From contig CAVPGK010000006.1 in assembly GCA_963703955.1 (NCBI GenBank), forward strand, positions 1-64,000: a stretch of 64,000 nucleotides of DNA, in the 5' to 3' direction. The notes beneath the pieces are model-generated. The model was not told where the DNA came from. It did no database searches and worked only from the letters and a program-made list of their open reading frames with translations. This DNA is from Nitrospirota bacterium. Lineage in GTDB: Bacteria > Nitrospirota > Nitrospiria > Nitrospirales > Nitrospiraceae. The position numbers were made by a program, and so were the translations under genes. Of the stretch, positions 29,791 to 39,743 are shown in pieces. Position 1 is the stretch's first letter; every line of letters begins with the position of its first letter.

Positions 29791-29860
29791 TTGACCGTAT
29801 ATGAACATTTTCTGTAGAATCCATTCTCGCTAACGCCCGCTGAAGGAGCGCCCACGTTTC

Positions 29861-30613
29861 ATGATCGGCACATCCCGTCCGTGGGTATCGGTCGTCATCC
29901 CCATCAAGGATGAACGCGACAACCTCTCTCCTCTCACTGAGCAACTACTAAAAGTGCTAGGGGCACGATCGGGGTCTGAGGTTACCCCGTTTGAAATAGT
30001 GTACATTGACGACGGAAGCACGGACGGAAGCGGCGCCTTACTCGACGGCCTTGCAAAACATCATGCCGAAGTAAAGGTTCTGCATTTCGATCGCAACTAT
30101 GGTCAGACTTCGGCCTTCGATGCCGGTTTCAGACACGTGGACGGTGAACTGATTGTCACCATGGACGGAGATCTCCAATTCGATCCTGCCGACATTCTGA
30201 CACTTCTCCCGCTGACATCACAATATGATTTAGTGTGTGGATGGCGTAAGGATCGCTACGATAACCTGGTCAGAAAGATTTCGTCCCGCATCGCATACGT
30301 GGTACGCAGCTCTGTCACCGGCGATTTCATTCACGACACCGGCTGTTCGCTGAAGGTCTTTCGCCATGCGTTAGTCGAGAAAATGCAATTGTTTGAAGGT
30401 ATGCATCGCTTCTTCCCCGTTCTGGCCCAGATGTACGGATTTTCGGTCACCGAAGTACCGGTCAAACACTTTCCTCGATCCCACGGGTATTCAAAATATG
30501 GAGTGGGCAACCGGCTCTTTAAGGGGTTATACGACCTCATAGTGGTGCGGTGGATGCAACATCGGTGTCTTCGATACCGTTACGGAATCACCGACGCGAA
30601 TCGTAAGGTATAA
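29861..30613 (+). CDS. GT2 polyprenyl-phosphate glycosyltransferase (ArnC/RgtE-like)
   Basis: VSVVIP..DE, IDDGSTDGS, RNYGQTSA, TMDGDLQ, DTGCSLK and GMHRF. Confidence 0.9.
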   Translation: MIGTSRPWVSVVIPIKDERDNLSPLTEQLLKVLGARSGSEVTPFEIVYIDDGSTDGSGALLDGLAKHHAEVKVLHFDRNYGQTSAFDAGFRHVDGELIVTMDGDLQFDPADILTLLPLTSQYDLVCGWRKDRYDNLVRKISSRIAYVVRSSVTGDFIHDTGCSLKVFRHALVEKMQLFEGMHRFFPVLAQMYGFSVTEVPVKHFPRSHGYSKYGVGNRLFKGLYDLIVVRWMQHRCLRYRYGITDANRKV

Positions 30614-30676
30614 GGTATTACGGCTGACCCCTAAGAACGAACACGGTTCACATGCGCTCCTGGTAGGGATTACGGG

Positions 30677-31006
30677 TTGCTGATGACTACGAATGAATTC
30701 ATCTGGGTGGCCATCGGGTTTATCGGACAGGGCATCTTTTTTATGCGGTGGGTTGTGCAGTGGCTCGCCTCCGAACGTAGCGCTGAAAGCCGCGTGCCCA
30801 TCGGCTTCTGGTATTTGAGCTTAGTAGGGGGTCTCATCACACTAGCCTACGCGATCTACCGGAAAGATCCTGTCTTCATCGCCGGCCAGAGTATCGGTGC
30901 GTTCGTCTACATACGAAACCTCATGCTTATCTACAAAACGTCAATCCGCGCAGATACTCCCTCCTCCCAGGCATCGATTTCCTCGACACCGAAAGGTGAG
31001 TGTTGA
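30677..31006 (+). CDS. Lipid-A-disaccharide synthase N-terminal (LAB_N) domain membrane protein
   Basis: IGFIGQGIFFMRWVVQWLASE...VPIGFWYLSL.G...YAIYRKDPVFIAGQ...YIRNL. Confidence 0.85.
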   Translation: MLMTTNEFIWVAIGFIGQGIFFMRWVVQWLASERSAESRVPIGFWYLSLVGGLITLAYAIYRKDPVFIAGQSIGAFVYIRNLMLIYKTSIRADTPSSQASISSTPKGEC

Positions 31007-32721
31007 ACAAGTGGGGCCAGCCGCTTGCCCTGTTTGGACTAGCGGTACTCCTTATGTTTCTTGGGCTAGGGGCACTCCGACTTACTGACCGGGATGAAGG
31101 CAGTAACGCCGAAGCCGCTCGGGAAATGCTCGAATCCGGTGATTGGATCACCCCCACCCTGAATGGTGAACCTCGATTCGCCAAGCCGGTGTTCGTCTAC
31201 TGGCTCATGAGCGGAACCTATCGATTGCTCGGTGAAAGTGAATTCTCCGCAAGATTCGCCTCCGCACTGTTTGGTGTCGCACTGATCCTGCTTCAATACC
31301 TGTTCCTCACGCGTCTGCGCGGACCGATCATTGGGCTCCTTGGCGGCCTCATGTTGTTGTTGAACCTTGAGATCGTCGCCATCGGTCGCCTGGCGCTGAC
31401 GGACAGCGTGCTCATTTTTTTTACAACTCTCTCATTGTACGGATTTTACCTTGGGCTCCACGGAAAAGGTCACCGACGTCACTGGTTCTGGCTCTTCTAT
31501 ATCGGGATGGCCATCGGAACTCTGACGAAAGGACCGATCGGTGTCGCAGTGCCTCTTCTTGGTGTGATCCCGTATCTGAGCCTCAGCCGACGATGGGGAC
31601 TGTACCGGTCCCAGGGGTTTCCTCTTGCCGGCTCACTCCTGTTTTTCCTTATCACCCTTCCGTGGTACGCCACCATGCTCATGATCCACGGATCACGGTA
31701 TATCACCTCGGCTCAGGCGGATACGGTCGGGCGCTTCTTCAATGTCATTGGCGGACACAGCGGGACTGTTTTTTTCTATATCCCTGTCTTGCTGGTTGGA
31801 TTTTTCCCATGGAGCGGCTTTCTTCCGTTTGCGTTGTACCAGACCTTGAAAAAATGGTGGCCGACTCGCCGCAACAAACCTGCGGAGGGGAGTGAAGGCG
31901 CAGATGATCTTGAATTGTTCGCCGCCCTGTGGGTCGTCGGTGTCTTGCTCTTCTTCAGTGTGTCCGCAACACGTCTGCCACACTACATCGGGCCACTCTT
32001 TCCAGCCGCCGCCATCCTGACGGCGTCCTATTGGAACCGTTGTCTCACAAACGTCGACGCGCCGAGCATTCGCGCCGCAGTCTTTACGCTAATGGGCATT
32101 GGGTACGGGCTGGGGTTGACTCTGACCGCCTCATCCTCGCTGTACTCAATGTTCAGTGAGAAGATCGCTAAGGAATTTCCAATGGCGACACAAGTTGATC
32201 CCGGCCCTGGGCTCACGGTAGCCGGTTTCGTCTTGCTCGTCGGCATGGCGTTTGTAGGATATTTTGGATTATCAGAGGATCGTCGAGCGGGAACCTTCTG
32301 GGCAGCTGGAGCGACGATCGTTCTGGTCCTTCTGGTTGTAATCCAAGTCACACTGCCACGCTTCAGCAAATATTTCATTGCACCACCCCAAGAACTTGCC
32401 TATACCGCCGGGGTGAATTTGCAACCGCAAGAGCGCTTGATTCTATACGGCCCTCCGAAGCCATCACTCATCTTTTATGCCAAACACCACGTGATCGTGA
32501 TCCGACCAGGTGAGGAAGACGAAATGAGACCCCACCTGACGCAGCCGGGTCGAACCATGATCCTGCTGCCAGCCCTCCTCAAATCCCAACTTCCATCCGA
32601 AGCAGCAAGTTTTTCGGTCATTCTCGACCGTTACGGATATAGTCTGCTAGCGAATGAGCCGATGGTTAGTATTCCTCAGTCACCACCACCCTCGGCTGTG
32701 GGTCCGCATGGGCTCCGATAG
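31000..32721 (+). CDS. ArnT-family (GT83) lipid A glycosyltransferase
   Basis: DRDEG..AEAAREMLESGDWITP..NG..RFAKP, LTKGPIG, many TM helices. Confidence 0.9.
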   Translation: MLNKWGQPLALFGLAVLLMFLGLGALRLTDRDEGSNAEAAREMLESGDWITPTLNGEPRFAKPVFVYWLMSGTYRLLGESEFSARFASALFGVALILLQYLFLTRLRGPIIGLLGGLMLLLNLEIVAIGRLALTDSVLIFFTTLSLYGFYLGLHGKGHRRHWFWLFYIGMAIGTLTKGPIGVAVPLLGVIPYLSLSRRWGLYRSQGFPLAGSLLFFLITLPWYATMLMIHGSRYITSAQADTVGRFFNVIGGHSGTVFFYIPVLLVGFFPWSGFLPFALYQTLKKWWPTRRNKPAEGSEGADDLELFAALWVVGVLLFFSVSATRLPHYIGPLFPAAAILTASYWNRCLTNVDAPSIRAAVFTLMGIGYGLGLTLTASSSLYSMFSEKIAKEFPMATQVDPGPGLTVAGFVLLVGMAFVGYFGLSEDRRAGTFWAAGATIVLVLLVVIQVTLPRFSKYFIAPPQELAYTAGVNLQPQERLILYGPPKPSLIFYAKHHVIVIRPGEEDEMRPHLTQPGRTMILLPALLKSQLPSEAASFSVILDRYGYSLLANEPMVSIPQSPPPSAVGPHGLR

Positions 32722-32734
32722 TCATTCCAGTCCC

Positions 32735-33877
32735 CTAGGACAGGAGAGGCAATAGCCCTTTTATCTGTTGAATAAACAGAACACCGAAAGGCAGCATGAT
32801 CGCGAAAGGGACTTCGGTCAACGCGGCCTGATAATTAACTGCCCACCGGGATGCGGGGAGAGATATGACTGACTGGGGCTGATCTTCCACGTCAACATGA
32901 CGGTACATCAACCAATACCCCACGCCTACGAATACGGCCATGATCGTCACCAGTCTTGATCCGGTCGTCAGAGCCAGACCGCTCCCAATCAAGACATTCG
33001 CTCCCGGGAGACCAAGGAACAGCTTCGGGGGATTTCGTCGCCTCGCGTCGAGCCTGTGATACAGCCGAACGGTTATGCCGAGGCCGAGCGTGATCATCCC
33101 CATGATTAGCATGACGAAAGTCATCGGTTCATCAAAAGACGGGTACACCGCGATCCAAATGAAGGTAAAAGCCGTGACAAGAAACGGTGTGCCCATGGTC
33201 AACGCTAGGAGGAGTGAGTGCCTCCAGGCTCGAAGCGGACGGGTGATGACACATCCGGCAAGAAGACCGAGGCTAACCCCGGCCATGACATCCGTAGGGA
33301 AGTGCGATCCCCGAACGATACGACTGAGTGCCACCAAGGCGGCCATGCTATACAACATCCATCCCATCCTTGGAAAATGTCGCGCGAAAACCGTCGCAAC
33401 GGCGAACGAGGCGGAGGCATGGCCTGAAGGAAATGAATCCAATCCCGGATCAAAGGATGGTCCAAAGAGAAACCCGCTGTCTCCATGAACCAGTCGAGGC
33501 CGCGGCCGACCGATCACGTGTTTCAAGGCCTGCGCAGCCAAGCCGGCGAAGGCATGAGCCAGAAGACTTTCGAGGCCAACCCTGCGAAGGGCGGGGTGCT
33601 TGAGCATCAGTCCGGTTACTAGGAGGACACTGCTGATCCCCACCAAGACCACCCCACTCCCAAGGCGATTTCCAACATTCCCCGCCCGTTCAAGCCAAGG
33701 GACATGAAGAGATCTCATGTAACGGGCCAACGGGAGATCCAGTTGTAAGAATCCCCAGAATACGGCTATCAAGGTGGTACACAGCAACAATGCAGCAAGT
33801 AGCGAGTCTCGAGTTCCCGTGAGTTCGACAGGATTTGTCGCCGGCTGCTCGCAGCTCTCAACGTGCGATCCGATCAT
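32735..33877 (-). CDS. PAP2-family phosphatase with extra TM helices
   Basis: K..IGRPRP, SFPSGH and SRIVRGSHFPTDV catalytic motifs. Confidence 0.88.
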   Translation of the reverse strand: MIGSHVESCEQPATNPVELTGTRDSLLAALLLCTTLIAVFWGFLQLDLPLARYMRSLHVPWLERAGNVGNRLGSGVVLVGISSVLLVTGLMLKHPALRRVGLESLLAHAFAGLAAQALKHVIGRPRPRLVHGDSGFLFGPSFDPGLDSFPSGHASASFAVATVFARHFPRMGWMLYSMAALVALSRIVRGSHFPTDVMAGVSLGLLAGCVITRPLRAWRHSLLLALTMGTPFLVTAFTFIWIAVYPSFDEPMTFVMLIMGMITLGLGITVRLYHRLDARRRNPPKLFLGLPGANVLIGSGLALTTGSRLVTIMAVFVGVGYWLMYRHVDVEDQPQSVISLPASRWAVNYQAALTEVPFAIMLPFGVLFIQQIKGLLPLLS

Positions 33878-34986
33878 GGCACCCAATCGGCTAGAAAGAT
33901 GTTGAACTCACCTCGCGTCGCTGCATGACGGTCAGAGACCCAGACGAGCTTGTTCCCGTCCGTGGAAAACATGGGAAAGCTGTTGAATCCGCCCGTGAGC
34001 GTGATGCGTTCAAGGCCGGTTCCGTCATCACGAATCAGGTAGAGGTGAAATTCTGCCCCACCGCCCTGTTGGTTGGAGGAGAAAATGATTCGTCGGCTGT
34101 CCGGATGAAAGAACGGCGCGAAATTCGAGAACCCGTTGGCAGTGACCTGCCGCTTTCCGGTGCCATCGGCATTCATAACGAAAATCTCCAATTGGCTCGG
34201 CTCGACGAGGCCTTGCTTCAAGAGAGTCTGATATCGTTCCACGTCCACCGGCTCCTTGGGATGAGAGGCCCGATACACAATCCGCTGGCTGTCAGGCGAA
34301 AAGAATGCGCCCCCGTCGTAGCCGATTTGGTCCGTCAACCGACGGACATGAGTTCCATCCAGGTGCATGGCGTATAGATCGAGGTCGCCGTCACGGATTG
34401 ACGTGAAAACGATAGTTTTTCCATCTGGTGAAATGGTCGCCTCGGCATCATAGCCGGGAGTCGTCGTCAATCGCTGGACTTGTTGGCCGTCCAGCTTCAC
34501 GGAAAAGATATCATAGTCATCCAATGCCCAACGATAGTGTCCCTCTCGCTTCGGCTTCGGCGGACAATTCGAACCGATGAGATGGGTCGAAGAGTACAGT
34601 ACCCGCCGATCACCTGGGAAAAAGTATCCGCAGGTCGTAGCGCCCGCCCCGGTGCTCACCAAACGAATGGTTTTCCCCTCCAAATCCATGACGTACATTT
34701 GATAACAGCCCAGGCCTTCATCATTGGGGACCTGATTGCTTGCGAAGCTGCCACTCATCCAATTGTTGGTCGATTGAAAAATGAGTTTCGATCCGTCAAA
34801 GGAGAAATACGCCTCGGCATTCTGACGACCAAAGGTCAGTTGCCGAATATTCTGAAGATGGCTCTCGATCGATGCGGATGGATGAGAAGCACCACTTTGC
34901 GCAGGCTGCGATTGAATGGTCAGGAGGGTTCCGTCAACCGCAAGAAGCATGGGAAGTACCAAGAAGATTGGGAACTTACGATGCAT
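33874..34986 (-). CDS. TolB-like PD40-repeat periplasmic protein
   Basis: NAEAYFSFDG, GYDAEATISPDG, GYDGGAFFSPD repeats. Confidence 0.85.
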   Translation of the reverse strand: MHRKFPIFLVLPMLLAVDGTLLTIQSQPAQSGASHPSASIESHLQNIRQLTFGRQNAEAYFSFDGSKLIFQSTNNWMSGSFASNQVPNDEGLGCYQMYVMDLEGKTIRLVSTGAGATTCGYFFPGDRRVLYSSTHLIGSNCPPKPKREGHYRWALDDYDIFSVKLDGQQVQRLTTTPGYDAEATISPDGKTIVFTSIRDGDLDLYAMHLDGTHVRRLTDQIGYDGGAFFSPDSQRIVYRASHPKEPVDVERYQTLLKQGLVEPSQLEIFVMNADGTGKRQVTANGFSNFAPFFHPDSRRIIFSSNQQGGGAEFHLYLIRDDGTGLERITLTGGFNSFPMFSTDGNKLVWVSDRHAATRGEFNIFLADWVP

Positions 34987-37201
34987 GGAATCGAACCTCC
35001 AATTCATTCACTTCTGGAAGAAAATCTCCCCGATCCACGACGGATCCTTCACGAAAGACCACATAGCTCTGCCATCCATAAAAGAAAAGAAGGCGAGCGA
35101 TCTTTGTGGCTGTTGCAGGTGTCTGCCCGAAGAAAACGGTCACGACGTGGTTCGGATGCTTCGGGTGTCGGCAGGACACAAGTACCGCTAACTCCGGTCC
35201 TTCGTAGACTCGACCATCCACCATCACGTTGTTGCCGTTGAGACGAATTCGGTCTCCACATCCGCGAATCGCCCACTCCGTCAGTCGATTGAGGATGGGA
35301 CCGCCCAAGACCAGCACTGATCCATTCAGCGATTCCGGTTCCTTGACAGCGGACATGTCGTGGTCCGTAATCACGATCACCGAACTGTCCGTACGGTCTT
35401 GGCTTTTCATTCGAGCCACCAGGTCCTCGTAGGGCTGACGTGCCGGAGAATCGTCACGTGCCGGCAGAATCACGAATCGGTCGTGGTCAGTCACAAAGAG
35501 GTTCAGCATGGGTGGAAGATTATTTCGGCCGAGCCGGCGGAAGGCATCAAAGTCCGGATCTACTTCGAAACTTGCAGGCTCACCGGGAACAAGCACAGTG
35601 AAGGCATACTCCGTCGAACGCATATCCAGTTCCACCTTCGAAACTCGCCCATCTCGCAGTTTGATGCGCACGGGAAGCCGAAGGCGGTACGGGGGATCGC
35701 TTTGAGTCAGCCGACCTTTGACGTGAACCCCGTTCTCACTCCCGGTTACACGCTGAGACGTTTGGACACCTGACACACTGAGGATTGGGGCACCTTTCCG
35801 TTCCACCCACTGTGAGAAGAACCACCGAAGATCTCGTTGACCGGTGCGGGCAAGGATCCGCTCGACGTCTTCCCATGTCGCACGCGATCCGCCAAAGTCG
35901 GAGACCAACTTTCGGATACCTTGCCAGAACGCCTCATCCCCAATCTCACGTCGAAGCATGTGAAAGATCATCGCAGCTTTCTGATACCCGATTGCGTTAT
36001 CCTTTTGATCGGTCTTGTGCCGAAACTCTCCGACCGGATAATCCTCGTCTGAACGAACATACACGGCATACCCCAACACCATCATGCGACGCTGCGTGCT
36101 TGCTTGCTCAGCGGTCCCGGTGAGTTCATCATAATAGTAGTTGGCAAGGTAGGTGGTGAGCCCCTCAACCCAATTTCCGGTTTTGGTATCATTGAATACC
36201 CAGTTGCCGATCCAGGAATGCACGATCTCGTGGCCGAGCGCGTAAGGTTGGACGTAATGCCGCTTCACGACTCCGCTCCCTAACAGGGTGAAGGAGGGCA
36301 TGCCGAGACCGCTCGCAAAGAAATTTTCCACAACAGCAAACTTTGGAAAAGGATAGGGACCCAACAATTTTGTGTATATCTCCAAATACTTTGAAGCCGC
36401 GTCAAGATATTCTTCGGCGAGCGACACATCCTCGGGGAACAGATATGTGGCAATTTCCACCTCGTGCCATTGTCGATGGTGTTTCACAAAGCGATTGGCC
36501 ACTAGCGTCAAGGTTTCTGTCCTTACCTCGACGTCCCATTGAGCGGTCATGTTTTGGTCATGCACGGTTTCCGCGACGAGCCGGCCGTGACTCACGGTGT
36601 GCCAGCCCTGAGGAGTGGTGACTGTGAGGTGATAGGTCGAGACTGAGCCCGCAAGATCCGGGTACCAGTGAGTTTCCCCGCTGAGATACACTCCCTCTGG
36701 ACCGATATGGCCAGCCGTTTCGCTTGGCGTGACGAATCGAATATGGCGAGGCTCGCGTGGTGGATCGTTGATGAATCCTCCGTAATGCCATTCCAGCGTG
36801 ACAGTGTGCTCAGGTGAACCCGACGGGTCCAAGATCACAATGAGGCGTTGCATTGCATCAGGAGAGTCCTTATCTATCCTGGATTCCGCCGTGAATGAAA
36901 GACGCTTTGCCTGCTCCCCACTACTCTCCACAATCTGAGTAACTTGCAGCGCGGCACTGAGCAAGAAGGAAACTTCACGGGGTTCATCCGCGAGGATTTT
37001 GAGCGCCATGCGATCTGTGGCGATCAGCCGATGGCGATCAGGATCCACCTCCACGACTAGTTGATGGGTTAATAGGCGGACATCGTGCGATTCAGAGATA
37101 TCGGTCACTGTTCCGTCAGCAGCCCAACCCTTTTCCATGGCAGGGACATGAAGAGTGATCAACAAGATGATGGTCAACCGGATCACGACAGTTGATCTCA
37201 T
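34976..37201 (-). CDS. M1-family zinc aminopeptidase, exported
   Basis: GLGMPS, HEIVHSWIGN...WVEG and GYQKA motifs. Confidence 0.88.
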   Translation of the reverse strand: MRSTVVIRLTIILLITLHVPAMEKGWAADGTVTDISESHDVRLLTHQLVVEVDPDRHRLIATDRMALKILADEPREVSFLLSAALQVTQIVESSGEQAKRLSFTAESRIDKDSPDAMQRLIVILDPSGSPEHTVTLEWHYGGFINDPPREPRHIRFVTPSETAGHIGPEGVYLSGETHWYPDLAGSVSTYHLTVTTPQGWHTVSHGRLVAETVHDQNMTAQWDVEVRTETLTLVANRFVKHHRQWHEVEIATYLFPEDVSLAEEYLDAASKYLEIYTKLLGPYPFPKFAVVENFFASGLGMPSFTLLGSGVVKRHYVQPYALGHEIVHSWIGNWVFNDTKTGNWVEGLTTYLANYYYDELTGTAEQASTQRRMMVLGYAVYVRSDEDYPVGEFRHKTDQKDNAIGYQKAAMIFHMLRREIGDEAFWQGIRKLVSDFGGSRATWEDVERILARTGQRDLRWFFSQWVERKGAPILSVSGVQTSQRVTGSENGVHVKGRLTQSDPPYRLRLPVRIKLRDGRVSKVELDMRSTEYAFTVLVPGEPASFEVDPDFDAFRRLGRNNLPPMLNLFVTDHDRFVILPARDDSPARQPYEDLVARMKSQDRTDSSVIVITDHDMSAVKEPESLNGSVLVLGGPILNRLTEWAIRGCGDRIRLNGNNVMVDGRVYEGPELAVLVSCRHPKHPNHVVTVFFGQTPATATKIARLLFFYGWQSYVVFREGSVVDRGDFLPEVNELEVRFHAS

Positions 37202-37232
37202 GGCATGCGCATTTAAGGAACTGATCAGGCAA

Positions 37233-38159
37233 TCATGCCGGCTCGAAGAGCGCATCGACAAATTCGCGGGCGTGGAAATCCTGTAAATCATCGGCCGCTT
37301 CCCCCACCCCGATTAAACGAACGGGGATCTTCAATTCCTCCGCAATCGCGACGACAATGCCGCCGCGCGCTGTACCATCGAGCTTTGTGAGCGCAAGACC
37401 CGTCACGCCGATCCCCTGATGAAACTGCCTGGCTTGTGAAAGCGCGTTTTGACCGACCGTCGCATCCAAGGTGAGCAGCACCTCGTGGGGAGCTCCGGGC
37501 AATTCACGAGCCAAGACTCGTTTGATCTTTCGTAGCTCGTCCATAAGGTTGACCTTTGTATGTAGGCGACCTGCCGTATCGATCAGGACCACATCGACGC
37601 TACGCGCCTTGGCAGCTGCCAGACCGTCAAAGACCACCGCCGCCGGATCTGCTCCATGACGATGCCTGATGACGTCGACACCGATCATATTCCCCCACGT
37701 TCCGAGTTGCTCGATGGCCGCGGCGCGAAATGTATCCGCGGCCACAAGGAGCGGAGTTCGCCCGTCTTGCTGAAGTCGCCGAGCCAATTTGGCCAGAGTG
37801 GTCGTCTTGCCGACACCGTTCACCCCCACGGTCAGGATCACAAAGGGGCGTGGTCCGTGTTCAATAAGATGTGCGATCGTGTCGGCTTCACAGGCACGAA
37901 GGGCTTCCAGAATCGTTTCTTTCAGAACGTCGACCATCCCGCCAGGAGTCCGATGATCCGATCCTCGGGGAAATGCTTTGAGTCGATCCATAAGTCGTTC
38001 GACGGTAAGAATCCCAAGATCGGCGGCGATCAGCGAGATCTCAAGTTCCTCTAGCACCGCAGGGTCCGGACCTTTTCCCATAAGTCGATCCACCGACTCA
38101 CGGACCTTGCTGCGAGTCTTCCCCAACCCTTCGCTGAGCCGTTGTAGCCAACCACCCAT
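37233..38159 (-). CDS. ftsY: SRP receptor FtsY
   Basis: GVNGVGKTTT, DTFRAAA, DTAGR and TKLDGTARGG. Confidence 0.96.
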   Translation of the reverse strand: MGGWLQRLSEGLGKTRSKVRESVDRLMGKGPDPAVLEELEISLIAADLGILTVERLMDRLKAFPRGSDHRTPGGMVDVLKETILEALRACEADTIAHLIEHGPRPFVILTVGVNGVGKTTTLAKLARRLQQDGRTPLLVAADTFRAAAIEQLGTWGNMIGVDVIRHRHGADPAAVVFDGLAAAKARSVDVVLIDTAGRLHTKVNLMDELRKIKRVLARELPGAPHEVLLTLDATVGQNALSQARQFHQGIGVTGLALTKLDGTARGGIVVAIAEELKIPVRLIGVGEAADDLQDFHAREFVDALFEPA

Positions 38160-38200
38160 CTCTTTGCTCCAGGGAAAACCGGATTTGCACCATCTGCGTT

Positions 38201-38659
38201 CTACTTTCTTCTCAATACAAGCCTCGGAAGCGGTGTGAGAGAGCGAAAGATCGCCTGTTCCCTCCGGCGCATACGACGGGCATCTCGCTCGCTGCGTTCA
38301 TGGTCGTAACCCATAAGGTGCAACGCGCCATGAACGATGAGCTTCACAATCTCTTGATCGAGAGATACTCCATATTCAAGAGCTTGACGTGCAGCCGCAT
38401 GAAGCGAGATCACCACATCACCTAGAAAAAAGGATGGAGGCCCCTTGGCCTCTTGCGTGGCAAAGGCAAGGACGTCGGTTGTAGCATCCTTTCCGCGATA
38501 CTTCCGGTTCAGCCTCCGCATCCGAAGGTCGCCGATGAGATCAAGGCTGATTTCAGCCTCAGGCTGACCGGTCGCAGTCAAAATCTGTTGTGTCACTGTC
38601 TTGATTTCAGGCAGGAGAACGATGGGATGTCGAAGCCGGCATTTAAGCCACACTGACAT
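38201..38659 (-). CDS. ybeY: rRNA maturation endoribonuclease YbeY
   Basis: LNRKYRGKDATTDVLAF, LGDVVIS and HGALHLMGYDH. Confidence 0.95.
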   Translation of the reverse strand: MSVWLKCRLRHPIVLLPEIKTVTQQILTATGQPEAEISLDLIGDLRMRRLNRKYRGKDATTDVLAFATQEAKGPPSFFLGDVVISLHAAARQALEYGVSLDQEIVKLIVHGALHLMGYDHERSERDARRMRRREQAIFRSLTPLPRLVLRRK

Positions 38660-39702
38660 CAGTGGGGCTGGCTCCCATGGCCCTCTCCTCGGCGTGGGGA
38701 GCGTCGGTGTCTCGCCAGCAGCGAAGTCCCCTTTCGAGGCTGGGCACTGACGGCGGGAGCAGGGCCATATCGGTCATAAGCCTTGATGATTTCTTGGACC
38801 AACCGATGTCGCACCACGTCCCGCTCACTAAAGTACACAAATTGAATGCCGGGGATGTCTCGCAAGATTTCCTTTACCTCGATCAACCCGGACACGCGAT
38901 CTGATGGCAAATCTACTTGTGTAATATCGCCTGTGATCACGGCCTTGGAATTGAACCCTAGGCGTGTCAGAAACATTTTCATCTGCTCAGCAGTGGCGTT
39001 CTGTGCTTCGTCCAGAATGACAAAGGAATCATTGAGCGTTCGTCCCCGCATGAAAGCTAGAGGCGCTATCTCAATCTCACCGCGCTCGACAAGACGGTTT
39101 GCTCTCTCCATATCCATGATGTCATAGAGCGCATCATACAGTGGCCGGAGATACGGATTCACCTTTGCATACATATCACCGGGGAGGAACCCCAACTTCT
39201 CTCCGGCTTCAACCGCCGGCCGAGCCAGTATGATCCGGCTCACCTCCCTACGGATCAAGGCACCGACGGCCATGGCCATAGCGAGATACGTTTTGCCCGT
39301 TCCGGCCGGACCAATGCCGAGAACAATATCGAACTTTTCAATAGCCTCGACATAGGCCTTTTGGGTTGGAGACTTGGGAGCGACGAATCGTTTCTTAGTA
39401 GCTATCGGAAACGTGTTCAGAAGAAGATCTTTCAGCGGAGCGTCATACCCCCCACGGCACGTCTTGAGCGCAAGTGTCACATCCTCCGGGCGCAGTTCGT
39501 ACCCTTCAAACGTGAGATCGGCCAGTTCTTGAAGCACCCGCTCCGCGCTTCGAACGGCCTCGCTCGGCCCCTCAAGCCCGACTTCCTCGCCCCGAGCGGA
39601 TATTCGCACCCCTAACTCTTCTTCGATCAGCTTGAGATGCCGGTCATGTCGGCCAAATAGGCTGGCAGTATTCGTTCCTTCTCGGAGTTTGATCTTACGC
39701 AC
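38659..39702 (-). CDS. phoH: PhoH-family ATPase (YbeZ type)
   Basis: GPAGTGKT, RPAVEAGEKLGFLPGD, AFMRGRTL and DEAQN. Confidence 0.95.
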   Translation of the reverse strand: MRKIKLREGTNTASLFGRHDRHLKLIEEELGVRISARGEEVGLEGPSEAVRSAERVLQELADLTFEGYELRPEDVTLALKTCRGGYDAPLKDLLLNTFPIATKKRFVAPKSPTQKAYVEAIEKFDIVLGIGPAGTGKTYLAMAMAVGALIRREVSRIILARPAVEAGEKLGFLPGDMYAKVNPYLRPLYDALYDIMDMERANRLVERGEIEIAPLAFMRGRTLNDSFVILDEAQNATAEQMKMFLTRLGFNSKAVITGDITQVDLPSDRVSGLIEVKEILRDIPGIQFVYFSERDVVRHRLVQEIIKAYDRYGPAPAVSAQPRKGTSLLARHRRSPRRGEGHGSQPH

Positions 39703-39743
39703 GCCCGGCCTGTACTTGCCTCCTTCAATAGGAGGGAAGTATT

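Noticed and set aside
29720..29800. c-di-GMP-I or TPP riboswitch
   Set aside because: Only loose resemblance. The diagnostic GGCAAAC...GACGCAAAG and CTGAGA motifs are absent.
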